64,000 bases of DNA from an uncultured Acidobacteriota bacterium (GCA_963744645.1 CAVUUN010000014.1:1308976-1372975); one strand, 5' to 3'; shown: positions 31,081-41,529, numbered from the stretch's first letter. The notes: a model not told the origin generated them from the letters alone. Numbers and translations: made by a program.

Positions 31081-31555
31081 GTGGGAGTTCGGAGTTCTGA
31101 GTTCGGAGTTCTGAGTTCTGAGAAGGTGTGAAAAAATCGGTTTTGCTTGCGAAGACTCGGTTTTCGACCCCAAGGGGGTCGCGTAGCAAAGCCCAGGGTT
31201 GGCCGCGTTGTCTGCGGCCTACCCTGGGTCGGGGACCCCAGAGTTCAACCCTGAAAGGGTTGCGTATCATGCACATACGCAACCCTTTCAGGGTTGAGGC
31301 GTTTGCTACTGCCACCCAGGGTAGGCCGCAGACAACGCGGCCAACCCTGGGCTTTGCTGCGCGACCCCCTTGGGGTCGAAAACCCGTCTTTCGATTTCTT
31401 CACACCTTCTGAGTCTGGGTTCTGAGTTCGGAGTTCTGAGTTCTGGGTTTGGGTGGGTTTGCGGCCAGGCAACTTACGCTTCCTAACCTTGACTGAGAAC
31501 ACTGAACGAATGGAACCCAACTCAGAACTCAGAACTCAGAACTTAGAACTGCGCT
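31081..31555. repeat. Complex repeat: GAGTTCT/GAGTTCG heptamer arrays flanking a near-perfect palindrome of about 240 bp that contains a nested inner hairpin.
   Basis: Outer arms of about 70 bp (GGTTTTCGACCCCAAGGGGGTCGCGTAGCAAAGCCCAGGGTTGGCCGCGTTGTCTGCGGCCTACCCTGGGT) with 1 mismatch. Inner hairpin AACCCTGAAAGGGTTGCGTAT ... ATACGCAACCCTTTCAGGGTT. Inverted CAGAACT arrays lie at 31510..31550. Confidence 0.8.
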
Positions 31556-31646
31556 TTTCCCGAATCATTTGTGGTCGGGGCGGCGTCTAGGCAATTGACT
31601 GCCCGCAGCTTGCGGCGGAGGCGAGCGATATGAGACAAGAGAGCTG

Positions 31647-32708
31647 TTGGGGTGTCATCACATGAAACGAACTGAGGAAGGCCGGCACCGATTCCTGGCA
31701 GTCGAAATCCCGAGTGTCCTGCTCACCGTATTCTGCTTCTTCGCCTGCATTGTTGCGGCCCTTGCCCAGGTGCGAAGTGAGCCGCCTCGGCCCCGCTTCG
31801 GTGATTCAACGTTTTCGATCGAGGGGTCGGTCGTGGATGCGAAGGGTCGACCGGTTCAGCACGCCCGCCTGGTCCTGAATGTATTCGGCACCGAGGGGCA
31901 ACGCACCGATTTCTCGGACACAGACGGTCGGTTTATCTTCCGGAGACTTCCTGAAGGCAGCTACACCATGGACGTTTCCGCAGGCGGCTTCCAGTCAACC
32001 AAAGAGGAGATCCAGCTGGTCAGCGTCTCTCGCACGATCCGCATTGTCCTTACGCCTGGTGAGCGGTCCGAAGAGCGCCACCAGGGAGGGACCGAGAGTG
32101 TTTCGGCCGCGTCGTTACGGGTACCCAAGGAAGCCGAGAAGCTCTACAGGAAGGCCCTTCGTTCTCACACGGAAAAGCGCTATGACGAAGCCTTGAAGGA
32201 GTTCGACGAGGCGCTGAAGATAGCTCCGGACTTCGCGCGCGCCTACGCCGGCCGGGGCATTACACTGCTTCAAATGCAAAATCGGGCGGAAGCCAGAATC
32301 GCCTTCGAGAAGGCGGTTCGGCTCGATCCGGAATCCTTCGATGCTCAAGTGGGGCTGGGACTTGTCCTCAACGACTTGCGCGAGTTCCAAGCTTCGACCG
32401 AACACCTGTTGAAGGCACGGTCACTGAACAGCGCCGGGTGGCAGGTGCATTACGAGCTCGGGCGCGCGTACTTCGCCCTGGCAGACTACCCGGAAGCCGA
32501 AGCCAGCCTGAGGACCGCCCGGGCTTCCTCGCCCCATTATCCCGGCCTCTACCTGTTGCTTTCCAATCTTTATCTGAAGACCAACAGGCCGGCCGACGCG
32601 GTGAACGAGCTGCAGGGTTTCCTTAAGATGTTTCCTGACGGGCCAATGGCCGAACAGGTCCAGAAGAGAATCAAGTTGATCGGAGAGCGTGAGGCAACTG
32701 CGCACTGA
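31647..32708 (+). CDS. Secreted protein with a carboxypeptidase-regulatory-like (transthyretin-like) domain plus TPR repeats.
   Basis: N-terminal TM/signal segment, a CarbopepD_reg-like beta-sandwich (GSVVDAKGRPVQHARLVL...DGRFIFRRLPEGSY) and at least 4 TPR-like repeats. The true start may be 31662. Confidence 0.75.
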   Translation: MGCHHMKRTEEGRHRFLAVEIPSVLLTVFCFFACIVAALAQVRSEPPRPRFGDSTFSIEGSVVDAKGRPVQHARLVLNVFGTEGQRTDFSDTDGRFIFRRLPEGSYTMDVSAGGFQSTKEEIQLVSVSRTIRIVLTPGERSEERHQGGTESVSAASLRVPKEAEKLYRKALRSHTEKRYDEALKEFDEALKIAPDFARAYAGRGITLLQMQNRAEARIAFEKAVRLDPESFDAQVGLGLVLNDLREFQASTEHLLKARSLNSAGWQVHYELGRAYFALADYPEAEASLRTARASSPHYPGLYLLLSNLYLKTNRPADAVNELQGFLKMFPDGPMAEQVQKRIKLIGEREATAH

Positions 32709-32862
32709 CGACTGCGAACTGCTCACTACCCGCTGCGCACTGCGCACTACCCGGCTGACCGGCTGACCATTTGATCAGCCAGTGGGCGGTGGGCAGTTCG
32801 CAGTGCGCAGTGCGCAGTTCGTCAGTGCGCAGTGCGCAGCGGGCAGTTGTCAGTTGCTTTTG
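32709..32862. terminator. Palindrome of GCGCACT/CTGACCG heptamer repeats between convergent genes.
   Basis: ACTGCGCACTGCGCACTACCCGGCTGACCGGCTGACC ... GGTGGGCAGTTCGCAGTGCGCAGTGCGCAGT. Confidence 0.55.
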
Positions 32863-33605
32863 GCGCAGCGGAAGCCGACGTTGATATCGACCCACCCCTG
32901 GGGCAGGGCATTTCGAACGTAGACCCGGTTGCAGTATCCCCCGGAGTGCCATCCACCGCCGCGAATCACCCGGAATTTCCCTTTGCCGGGCCCAGGCGGG
33001 TCTTCCTTGGGTCCCTGCCGGTAGTAATCCTTGTCGTAGAAATCCTCGACCCATTCGCAGACATTCCCTGCCATGTCGTGCAGACCGTAGCCATTCGCCG
33101 GAAATGACCCTACGGCCATAGCGCCTTTTCTCGGTGGCGGGGTGTTGATGTTCGCCTGGCTGGCGTCGATCGCGTCACCGTTCGGGTAATTCGCCCCCGC
33201 CATGCCTCCCCGGGCCGCGTACTCCCATTCGGCTTCGGTCGGCAGGCGCTTTCCTGCCCATTTGGCAAAGGCCTTGGCATCGTCCCAACTGATTCCCACC
33301 ACCGGGTGGTCGGGGAAGTCGGGGCCGGAGTGATACTGTTTCACTCCCCAGAATTCCGGCAGTGGACGGCGGGTGGCTTCGCAGAATTTAGCGTACTGCC
33401 CATTTGTCACTTCGCGCCGGTCGAGGTAAAACGCACTGATGCGCACGTCCCTCACGGGGCAGTCTTCGGCGTCCCCGTTCTTTCCCATCTGGAAACTACC
33501 GGCTGGGATCAGGGCCATCTCGCTGGCGGCATCCGGGGCGGTCACGTCGCTCGTGGCAAGAAACAGAGGACCGAGAGCAAGCAGGAAGGTTAAGAGAGCG
33601 ATCAT
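32850..33605 (-). CDS. Formylglycine-generating-enzyme (SUMF1/FGE) family protein, secreted.
   Basis: Signal peptide, FGE-sulfatase fold motifs (RGGSW-like RGGGWHS; GFRCAK near the C-terminus) and a CEW motif. Confidence 0.8.
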   Translation of the reverse strand: MIALLTFLLALGPLFLATSDVTAPDAASEMALIPAGSFQMGKNGDAEDCPVRDVRISAFYLDRREVTNGQYAKFCEATRRPLPEFWGVKQYHSGPDFPDHPVVGISWDDAKAFAKWAGKRLPTEAEWEYAARGGMAGANYPNGDAIDASQANINTPPPRKGAMAVGSFPANGYGLHDMAGNVCEWVEDFYDKDYYRQGPKEDPPGPGKGKFRVIRGGGWHSGGYCNRVYVRNALPQGWVDINVGFRCAKSN

Positions 33606-33820
33606 GCGCGCTAAGTTACCAGTGGGAGGCAATCCTGGGCAAGCGGGAATCCCGGCGCGATCTGGCTCATGCGGAACTCTGGTTTGTAGTCCCGGCTTTA
33701 GCCGGCTGATAAGTTAGCAGGCATCATGGTCCCGCCGACCCGTCTGGCCGGCTAAAGCCGGGACTACCAACCTCTTTGACCCTTGCGCGCTCGAACACCG
33801 ATACGATGTTCTGCCTACTG

Positions 33821-35803
33821 CTACTCCAACACCACCACGTCGTAGTCGCTCAGTCGATCAAGCGTGAATTTCACAGTATCGGATCCGAGCTTGAGCCTCA
33901 GCTGACGACCCAGCTTCGCCGATCGCGCGGACCTGAATTTCCCCTCCACCTCCACCTTGATATCCCGCATCTCGATCGGCTCGAAATATGTCGTCCCCGA
34001 ATGCCCGCTCAGATTCACAAAATGAACCAGTGTGCGTCCGGCTTTTGCCTGACGCATCAGCGTCACTTCCACGAGCGGGTGGGCATCGATCTTCAGCTGA
34101 CGCTTTCCCTGAAGGAGACGATCGATCAGATCGGTGAGAAAGCCAGCGTGGGTCTGCGATCCGTGCCGGTAGTAGAGCGAGCCGACGTCCCAGGGAACAT
34201 AAACGACTCTTCCCTTCCCGCACGGCTGGGGGCCGATGAGACCCGGTATGTCACTTTCCCGCTTATCCGCCCAGACCTTCTCGGGCGGTCCGAACATGGC
34301 GGGGGGAATAAGCGTGAGCGGCCCTCCTCGTTCGGACATCTCGACGTACTCACCGTCGAAGAAGAGCAAGTCGGTGTCGGCCAGGGAAGGAAGCAGGGAA
34401 TGGTCCCGGATCCTCCAATATCCCTGGATCTTCTCGCTTACTTTGCCCGCTCCGCCCACTCCAAAAGCCGGCACCCGCGTTCCCGCACCCAGCAGAGAGC
34501 CTCCCTCCCGCACCCACCTTTCAAGTTCGGGTGGGACAGCGTCCGGCGCAATCACCAGCTCAAACGAGCGAGGCCGTGAAGTCAGCCACTTGAGGTTATC
34601 GGAGACGACAAACGGGATGTGCCGCTCGGAGAGCAGCTTGAAGAAGCCCCGGTACGAAGCTCCGCCGCCGCCGCCGAGGAGGAGAACCCGGCCGACGTTC
34701 TCTTGACGGACGTAGAGATCCTGGTGCTCGGCATGCCAGGCGAGCACCGGTTTCGCGGCAAGAACCGCAGTTCGGTCCTCCTGATCGGGAATGCCGGCCA
34801 TCGTGAAGGCTGGGCCGGCACCGTGAGCCATGTTCTGATAGAGCCGCAGGCGGATTTCGGCCGGCGGAACCGTTGCAAACCGCCAGGGGAAATCGATGAA
34901 GCTCATGCAGAGGTTGAAAGCCATCTTCTCGGGCTCCGAGCCCCGGGCTCGATTCACATTGTCGCTTGCCGAATACGGCCACAGCGGGAGTGGACGCGTC
35001 ACCGAGGTGTTCGATTCGGACATGATTCCGTCGGTATAGGCTTGAATGTAGGTGAGAAATGCCGCCTGAGGGCGCTTGTGATGGATCAGTTCCGAGAGAC
35101 TTCGAGCAACCTCGTCAGCGCAATCCCGCATAAACCGGTTGTAGTCGGCGTCCGGCTCCTTCGGAAGCGCACGGCCGAAACGCGCCTGGAACTTCTGCAT
35201 GCAGGCGTCGCAGTGGCAAGGACCGAGCGGGTTCCCGCTGTAATCGTGGCTGGGGTTCCCAAACATGTTGAAGAAGAGCCCGTCCACCTCGTACTTCTCG
35301 AGCGCCTCGCTCAGGATCTCGATCGCTTTGACACGGTAGTAACCGCCGTTGATGCACGTCGAGTAGAGGCCGTTGTATATGGAAGGGTTGCCGTTGACAC
35401 CGCGGAAGAACCAGTCCGGGTGTGCGTCGTAGACCGGTTTCTGGGTCTTGCTGAGGTCGAAGCGGCCGATGACCCTCATGCGGCGTCGATGCGCCAGCGA
35501 CAGAACCTCGCCGAAAAGATCGCGGCCAGGCGGGAGGAAACTGCTCGGATAGTGATAGGAGACCTGCGTTGGGTAGAAAGCAACGATGCCGCCCATGTTG
35601 AACAGAAGGGCGTTCGCGTGCAGCTCGCCGACCTGCCGTACCAGTCGCTCGGCATCCAACCCCGCATCGGACTCGCGAAGGTTGGTCTGGACCAGGCGAA
35701 CGGGCTCATCCATCCACCATCTGGAGCTCGGCCCCCCACTTTGGGTGGCAAAAAGTACCGCACAGGCGACCAGCCAAGCGCCAAAGGCGAAACATTTTCG
35801 CAT
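33821..35803 (-). CDS. Secreted putative glycoside hydrolase with GH42-like architecture (TIM barrel plus a glutamine-amidotransferase-like/ThuA-like middle domain).
   Basis: Signal peptide, then a long (beta/alpha)8-like N-terminal domain with a CHCDAC cysteine motif, then an LLLGGGGG...IPF class I GATase-like domain. The family assignment is tentative. Confidence 0.55.
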   Translation of the reverse strand: MRKCFAFGAWLVACAVLFATQSGGPSSRWWMDEPVRLVQTNLRESDAGLDAERLVRQVGELHANALLFNMGGIVAFYPTQVSYHYPSSFLPPGRDLFGEVLSLAHRRRMRVIGRFDLSKTQKPVYDAHPDWFFRGVNGNPSIYNGLYSTCINGGYYRVKAIEILSEALEKYEVDGLFFNMFGNPSHDYSGNPLGPCHCDACMQKFQARFGRALPKEPDADYNRFMRDCADEVARSLSELIHHKRPQAAFLTYIQAYTDGIMSESNTSVTRPLPLWPYSASDNVNRARGSEPEKMAFNLCMSFIDFPWRFATVPPAEIRLRLYQNMAHGAGPAFTMAGIPDQEDRTAVLAAKPVLAWHAEHQDLYVRQENVGRVLLLGGGGGASYRGFFKLLSERHIPFVVSDNLKWLTSRPRSFELVIAPDAVPPELERWVREGGSLLGAGTRVPAFGVGGAGKVSEKIQGYWRIRDHSLLPSLADTDLLFFDGEYVEMSERGGPLTLIPPAMFGPPEKVWADKRESDIPGLIGPQPCGKGRVVYVPWDVGSLYYRHGSQTHAGFLTDLIDRLLQGKRQLKIDAHPLVEVTLMRQAKAGRTLVHFVNLSGHSGTTYFEPIEMRDIKVEVEGKFRSARSAKLGRQLRLKLGSDTVKFTLDRLSDYDVVVLE

Positions 35804-35842
35804 CGGGACATAATACTTGAGAAACGCGCTATCCTGTCCCGC

Positions 35843-38221
35843 ATGACCGATCAGGAACCGGGCAGACCCACTCGCATCCTTCCTGCTCTTCCGATCGATC
35901 CTCGCCTCCCGGAGATCGTGTCCGTCCTACGGAAATATCGTCGTGCGGTGCTCGTTGCCCCGCCGGGCGCAGGCAAGACGACTCGTGTGGCGCCCGCCCT
36001 GATCGAAGAAGGACCCGTCATCCTCCTCCAGCCGCGCCGGGTGGCGGCCCGGTCAATAGCCGCGCGGATTGCGTCAGAACAGGGCTGGGAGATCGGTCGC
36101 GAGGTTGGCTGGCAAGTGCGATTTGAAAGACGGTTCGGACGCGAAACTCGACTACTCGTTTGCACCGAGGGCATCCTCACGAATCGTCTCCAGGCGGATC
36201 CTCTCCTGACCGGTTTCCGGACGGCGATCCTCGACGAGTTCCACGAGCGGAGTGTGCACGCCGATGTTGCACTCGCGCTCATGCGGGAAGCCGTGCGCGC
36301 CCGCGACGACCTGCAGCTTCTGGTGATGTCTGCCACCCTTGATGCCCGGGCGGTGTCCGATTACCTCGACGGCTGCCCGATGATCGAAGTCGAGGGACGA
36401 GCTCACCCGGTCGAGATCGGGTACGCTCCTCACACGTTTCCACAGTCAGCCATCACCGAGAGACTTGATCAGCCCGGAGGCCACATCCTTTGTTTTCTGC
36501 CCGGGGCGGGAGAGATCTCCAGGCTTGGCGAAGACCTGCGTGCCCGTGCCCGGCCCGGGGTGGCGATTCTTCCTCTTCATGGGACGCTCGAGGCGGCGGC
36601 GCAGGACCGGGCGCTGGCACCTTCTCGTGAACGGAAGGTCATCCTTGCCACGAATATCGCCGAAACTTCCTTGACCGTCGAAGGCGTCACCGATGTGATC
36701 GATACCGGCCTCCACAAGGTCCTTCGCTATGATTCACGCCGGGGAATCGACAGTCTGGAGCTTGAACGCATTCCGGCTGATTCAGCCGAACAGCGTGCCG
36801 GACGAGCTGGTAGGCTCGGACCCGGCCGCGCGCTCAGACTCTGGGATCCTCGGGAACGGCTCCGGCCGCATCGTGAAGCCGACATCCGGCGTATCGACCT
36901 GGCGGCGCCTTTCCTGGATGTGATTGCCTGGGGGGGAGACCCGCTCTCCCTTGACTGGTACGAGGCTCCGGCAAGGGAACGAGCAGAGTCCGCACTGGAA
37001 CTGCTCGATCGACTTGGCCTGGTCCGGGACGGGCGGCTGACCCCGCTCGGGGACATCGCGCACCGCCTGCCCCTCCATCCCAGGCTCGCCTGCATCCTCG
37101 TAAGTGCCGGAGGATCCCGGCGGGCCGCCGCAGTATGTGCCCTGCTCTCCGAGCGAGGACAATCCCACCCCGCTTTGCACGCGACCGATTCGGACATCCT
37201 GACCCTTGCAGATGAAATCGACATCGCGCCACCTCCTGTGCGCAACGTCGCGCTCGAAATCGAGCGGGTGGGCCGGTCGCTTCTCGGGCGCGGCGTCAAG
37301 ACCGACCCGTCAGAGGAAAGCCTGCTGAGAAGCATTCTGGCGGGTTTCCCTGACCGCGTGGCCCAGCGCCGGGAGCCCCGCTCTGCCCGCCTGCTCCTGG
37401 CGAGCGGGCATGGAGCGAGGCTGACCGCGGACAGCGGCGTCTGGGACGGGGAATACCTGGTCGCCCTTGACGTGATCGGAAGCGAAGCACGGGGCGTCAG
37501 CGAGGCGCTGGTTCGCCAGGCCAGCCGGATCGAGAAGCAATGGCTCCGGCCGACGTGCGTGGAAGTGAGGCACTGGTTCGATCCCGAAACCCGGGCAGTT
37601 AAGGCGGTCGAGCAAGTTCGTTACATGGCGCTCCTTCTGGCCGAACGTCCTGTCCCTCCCCATCCCGACGAATCCATCGACTTGCTCCTTGGAGCGTGGG
37701 CAAAAGAGCCGTTGGACGAGGCGTCCCGCACACTCGTTGCCCGGGCCCGAATGGCCGGCGTTTCGATTGACATGGAGGCGGCCAGGCGGGCCGCATGCGC
37801 GGGACGCGTGTCCCTTCCGCGGCTCGACCTGCATCTCAGTCTCAGTCACGCAGAGCGCCAGCTCCTGGATCGCCTCTGCCCCGAGTCGGTGCGGGTGCCG
37901 AGCGGCCGATCGATTCGACTCGAGTACGGGGATGACGGGATCGTCCGCCTCTCGGTTAAGCTTCAGGAACTGTTCGGGCTGGAGGAGGGGCCGCGTGTGG
38001 GACGCAACCAGGAACCGGTCCTGATCCATTTGCTCGCTCCCAACGGCCGGCCGGTCCAAACAACCACCGACCTGCGCAGTTTCTGGCAACGAACTTACCC
38101 GGAAGTGCGCAGAGAGTTGCGCGGACGGTATCCCAAACACCCTTGGCCGGAAGACCCGGCAGGCGCCGAGCCAACCGCCCGAGTGAAGAAGCGAGTTTCG
38201 GGGAGAGTTTCGGGGACATAA
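35843..38221 (+). CDS. hrpB: ATP-dependent RNA helicase HrpB (DEAH-box).
   Basis: Walker A APPGAGKTT, DEFHER, SATL, a helicase C domain, and the HA2 and HrpB C-terminal regions. The ORF-track entry 34619..38221 is extended upstream by antisense read-through of the preceding gene. Confidence 0.9.
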   Translation: MTDQEPGRPTRILPALPIDPRLPEIVSVLRKYRRAVLVAPPGAGKTTRVAPALIEEGPVILLQPRRVAARSIAARIASEQGWEIGREVGWQVRFERRFGRETRLLVCTEGILTNRLQADPLLTGFRTAILDEFHERSVHADVALALMREAVRARDDLQLLVMSATLDARAVSDYLDGCPMIEVEGRAHPVEIGYAPHTFPQSAITERLDQPGGHILCFLPGAGEISRLGEDLRARARPGVAILPLHGTLEAAAQDRALAPSRERKVILATNIAETSLTVEGVTDVIDTGLHKVLRYDSRRGIDSLELERIPADSAEQRAGRAGRLGPGRALRLWDPRERLRPHREADIRRIDLAAPFLDVIAWGGDPLSLDWYEAPARERAESALELLDRLGLVRDGRLTPLGDIAHRLPLHPRLACILVSAGGSRRAAAVCALLSERGQSHPALHATDSDILTLADEIDIAPPPVRNVALEIERVGRSLLGRGVKTDPSEESLLRSILAGFPDRVAQRREPRSARLLLASGHGARLTADSGVWDGEYLVALDVIGSEARGVSEALVRQASRIEKQWLRPTCVEVRHWFDPETRAVKAVEQVRYMALLLAERPVPPHPDESIDLLLGAWAKEPLDEASRTLVARARMAGVSIDMEAARRAACAGRVSLPRLDLHLSLSHAERQLLDRLCPESVRVPSGRSIRLEYGDDGIVRLSVKLQELFGLEEGPRVGRNQEPVLIHLLAPNGRPVQTTTDLRSFWQRTYPEVRRELRGRYPKHPWPEDPAGAEPTARVKKRVSGRVSGT

Positions 38222-38457
38222 ACTTAATTCCCGTGAACCTGCGGCAGCAGGTGAACGCTTTGGGAATTAAGTATTGTGTCCCCGAAACTCTCCCGAAACC
38301 CCCGAAAGTCGGGAAGCTTCGGTCGCCGGTGGTATATTGCTGCAGCCCTGCAAGGGAATGTCGGGGGAATGTCGGGGACACAAAACTTAATTCCTTTGCA
38401 AGCTCCTAACTTGATGGAAACGGTTTGGGAATTAAGTATTATGTCCCCGAGATTCCC
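38193..38457. repeat. Family B hairpin element in two tandem units, immediately upstream of the 38488 start codon.
   Basis: GAGTTTCGGGGACATAAACTTAATTCCC ... GGGAATTAAGTATTGTGTCCCCGAAAC, and a second unit ending GGAATTAAGTATTATGTCCCCGAGATTCCCC. Confidence 0.85.
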
Positions 38458-38487
38458 CTGAATCTCAGCAACAACGGAGGTCATTTG

Positions 38488-39483
38488 ATGCGCATCAAGT
38501 TATACGTCTTGTTCTCAATGCTGTTCGTCTGGGCCGGCTTCTCCGCCCTGGCTGCCCCACCGAAAGTTGAATTTACCGAGGGAAAGTACCAAATCGACGT
38601 CAAGATCGGCGGGAAACCCTTCACGAGCTACCTCCACACGCCGGACCCGGGTCGAAAGCTTCCGCCGGGACTCGTTCAGACCAAGCCCGCGCTCCATCCG
38701 GTCTACGGCCCCTCCGGAATTGTGATGACCCGCGCTTATCCTTTTGCGGAAGTCGCAGGCGAGGAGAACGACCACCCGCATCACATGGGCATCTACTTCA
38801 CGATGGATAGGGTGAACCCCGGGGATAACACCTTCTGGGGGAACAGCAAGAACGAGCTCCCCGCCATTCGTCACATCCGGGTCAAGCAGATGAAGGGGGG
38901 CAACGGCAAGGGCACGCTCGAGACGATTTCTCACTGGATCGGCAAAGACGGCAAGCCGCTTCTTGAGGAGGACCGTGTGATGACCTTCCTCGCCCTGGAT
39001 GACAAGAGCTGGGCCATCGACCTCACGATCAACCTCAAGGCGATCGATCAGGAAATCACGATCGACGACACCAAGGAAGGCATGCTTGCCATGCGCGTGG
39101 CCCAATTCCTTACCGACAAGAGCACCGGGCGCTACCTCAATTCAGAAGGAGACGAAGGCGAGGCCGGTGTCTGGGGCAAGAGAGCCCGATGGGTCCGGTT
39201 GCAGGGAGAAAAAGACGGCACGAAGACCGGGGTCGCGTTCCTCGCCCATCCACAAACAACGAACGCCCCGCCTTACTGGCATGCCCGGGGATATGGCTGC
39301 TTCAGTGCGAACCCGCTCGGCCAGCTGGACTTCCAGAAGGCCCACAAAGTTGCTGATCCGAAACCGTTCAATCTGAAGATCAAAGCCGGCGAGAAGGCCC
39401 TGTTCAAGTATCGCCTGATCATGTACGACGGCGACTGGGACCAGGCGAAAACCGAAGAACAGTATCGAGCGTACGCCCGGTAA
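38488..39483 (+). CDS. Secreted PmoA-like / DUF6807-family protein.
   Basis: Signal peptide MRIKLYVLFSMLFVWAGFSALA and a conserved HPHHMGIYFTMD block characteristic of the PmoA-like family. The upstream [10 protein letters not shown] comes from the repeat. Confidence 0.55.
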   Translation: MRIKLYVLFSMLFVWAGFSALAAPPKVEFTEGKYQIDVKIGGKPFTSYLHTPDPGRKLPPGLVQTKPALHPVYGPSGIVMTRAYPFAEVAGEENDHPHHMGIYFTMDRVNPGDNTFWGNSKNELPAIRHIRVKQMKGGNGKGTLETISHWIGKDGKPLLEEDRVMTFLALDDKSWAIDLTINLKAIDQEITIDDTKEGMLAMRVAQFLTDKSTGRYLNSEGDEGEAGVWGKRARWVRLQGEKDGTKTGVAFLAHPQTTNAPPYWHARGYGCFSANPLGQLDFQKAHKVADPKPFNLKIKAGEKALFKYRLIMYDGDWDQAKTEEQYRAYAR

Positions 39484-39494
39484 TTAGACCAGCT

Positions 39495-39590
39495 GACGGG
39501 CCCGCGGATTTACGCGGATCTGCGCGGATAATCGCGGATTAAGGCAGCGTCCTCTTTGTTCGCTGCCTTAATCCGCGATTATCCGCGCAG
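39495..39590. terminator. Near-perfect 42-bp-stem palindrome of CGCGGAT repeats; bidirectional terminator between convergent genes.
   Basis: CCCGCGGATCTGCGCGGATAATCGCGGATTAAGGCAGCG, a loop, then its inverse. It is followed by T-runs on both strands. Confidence 0.75.
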
Positions 39591-39607
39591 ATCCGCGGGC
39601 CGCTTTC

Positions 39608-40250
39608 TTACTTCTGCTTCAGGCTCCCCTGCGGTGGCGGCGTCGGCAGAGGCGCCTTTGCTTTCAATGTCAACGGCACGCCCGATGAGTTCTTCAGGGT
39701 GGCCATCACTTCGGTTGGTGCCTGGGCGGAAGTAAGCCCGAAAAAGAAGGAGCTTTCACCTTTACCTGCCGCTGAGCCCGAGCAAGGGTGGGTCTCAAAA
39801 GTGAAGGTGATGGTCTTTCCGACCTGATTGGCCGAGACCGGTCCGACTACACCCAATCCGCCGGACGTCGTGACGAAGACCTGGTCCAACAGCCCGTCCC
39901 CATCGTAATCGATCGATTTCACGGGACCGAAGTCGATCAAAAGCTCGGTGACGCAGGACTTAGGTTTGCCGAGGACAAGGTTTCTCAGATCGATCCGGTA
40001 CAGATAGGCGTACAAGCCGGCCGCCGGCCGTTCCTGCCTCGCCAACCGGAAAGAGCCGAGACTGCAGAAAGCCCTTCCCTGTAAAGCCGGGAACGGTGAT
40101 GTCAGTAGCCAGATCCTGCACCGTGATCTTGCAGTCCGTGTCGAACTTGCAATTGATGGCCGGGGCGGATACCTTGACGATTTTGAGCGGGCCGGCGAGG
40201 CTCACTCCGAGAGTAAGAATCAAGACAATACCGATCGCGGTTCGTTTCAT
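39608..40250 (-). CDS. Secreted hypothetical protein with an apparent frameshift near 40045-40060.
   Basis: ORF 39960..40250 supplies a signal peptide (MKRTAIGIVLILTLGVSLA). ORF 39608..40045 continues in another frame with overlapping, non-repetitive sequence. Confidence 0.55.
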
Positions 40251-40309
40251 GGAATCGTTCCTCGAAAATGGGTGGTTTTGATTCGGGCACCTCTGCGCCC
40301 TGCCTTCAG

Positions 40310-40992
40310 CTAGTAATCGACCTTCCTCAAGGCCAGGCCTTGCTTTTGCCCAATGACGTCATAAAGCGCGCCGACCGGGCGGTTGGAGACATCCGTGGTG
40401 TACACCGACTGGATGAAATAGCAGAAGGGCCACGGCCGCTGCCCCTTGTGAAAACGAACCCAGACCTTGTCTGATCCTGCTCCAAGGCGCTTGATCGTGA
40501 CCGGCCGTTCCAGGTAATCCCTCTCCCGGTCATAGGTGCCGTCCAGGCGAGCCAGCCGGAAGGAACGCGTCAGCCCCAGGTGACGCATGAAAGGCTTCCA
40601 CTCGACCACGTCAGTTCCGATCTTCCACCCGTCCCCATAAACCTCGAAAACTCGAGTGGCCCGGTCCTGGCCGCCTGCCAGTGATGTGAAATAGAGAGGG
40701 AACATTCCTGATCTGGCCTGGGCTCCGCATTTGACCCGGCCCACCACTTCCCACTCAATCAGGGTGTGATAGTCGCGAAATTGCAGGAGAAGTAAGGTTC
40801 CCGCGCCGGCAACCACAAGACTGGCAAGACCGAGACCCGCCAGCACAACCTGCCTGAGCCGCTTTCGTCCGCCGCCTTGTCTGGGGTCACGAGACGCCAA
40901 AAAACGAATGACCGCGAGTATGAAGACGATCAGGGCGACCGCTGCTATCGCGAGAACCGGCCACCAGTCTTCGATGTAGAAGGATTTCGCTG
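40310..40992 (-). CDS. Hypothetical membrane-anchored protein.
   Basis: ORF with an N-terminal TM helix (WWPVLAIAAVALIVFILAVIRFL) and a second TM segment. It has no recognisable family. Start set at MPAKS. Confidence 0.5.
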
Positions 40993-41162
40993 GCATAGCA
41001 TTCCACAAGAACCGCCGAGACGGGGAGATGATACAGTCTCCGGGCTCCGGGCACAATCTCTGGATCGACCCGGGTGGATGCGTCCTTCCGAGTGCGCAAG
41101 CTTGCTCGCGCTTTATACGGATCTTGGGATTCCGGTGGGCATGCACCTGCTTTCGGTTCGAA

Positions 41163-41319
41163 CCCGCTTGCTTCGCGGAAAGACGCTCGCGCGCGGCTCT
41201 GATGGGACTCGGCGAACACCGCGCAACCGCTCAGGCTCTATCGTAATACGAGTCATAGCAGGCGACACCGAGTCGTGTGTCAGAGCCGCGCGCGAGTGCT
41301 TTCCAGCGAAGCAAGCGGG
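41163..41319. repeat. Family A palindromic repeat element (copy 4).
   Basis: Arms CCCGCTTGCTTCGCGGAAAGACGCTCGCGCGCGGCTCTGA / GTCAGAGCCGCGCGCGAGTGCTTTCCAGCGAAGCAAGCGGG. Confidence 0.85.
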
Positions 41320-41529
41320 TTCGAACCGAAAGCAAAATTGCATACCCTAAGGTGTCTAACATGCATATAAGCAGAGCAAGGTTGCGCGCTCCAAGGCTCG
41401 CTTCGCTCGCAAACTTTCCTTGGGGCACTTTTCCGCTCACTTTTTCAACACCCCCTTGGGGGACGATTCTCGCGGTCCCTCCTGACAACTGACTTCGACT
41501 GCTGTATAAGAGAATCTTCAGGAGCGAAC

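Noticed and set aside
34619-35842. The 5' 400 codons of the 1200-aa ORF 34619..38221.
   Set aside because: This stretch is antisense to the well-supported 33821..35803 gene and has a low-complexity, Arg-rich composition. The helicase hrpB starts at 35843.
38425-38487. ORF-track proteins beginning [10 protein letters not shown] (38425 +, 48420/50126 -, 4292..4672 -), which look like a conserved small protein family.
   Set aside because: The peptide is simply the translation of the family B repeat arm GGGAATTAAGTATTATGTCCCCGAAAT. The real genes start at downstream ATGs with RBSs (38488, 50063).
41290-41330. A tRNA-like GGTTCGAAC T-loop motif.
   Set aside because: It is part of the family A repeat arm (…AAGCGGGTTCGAACCG…) with no acceptor or anticodon stems. 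No tRNA cloverleaf could be assembled.
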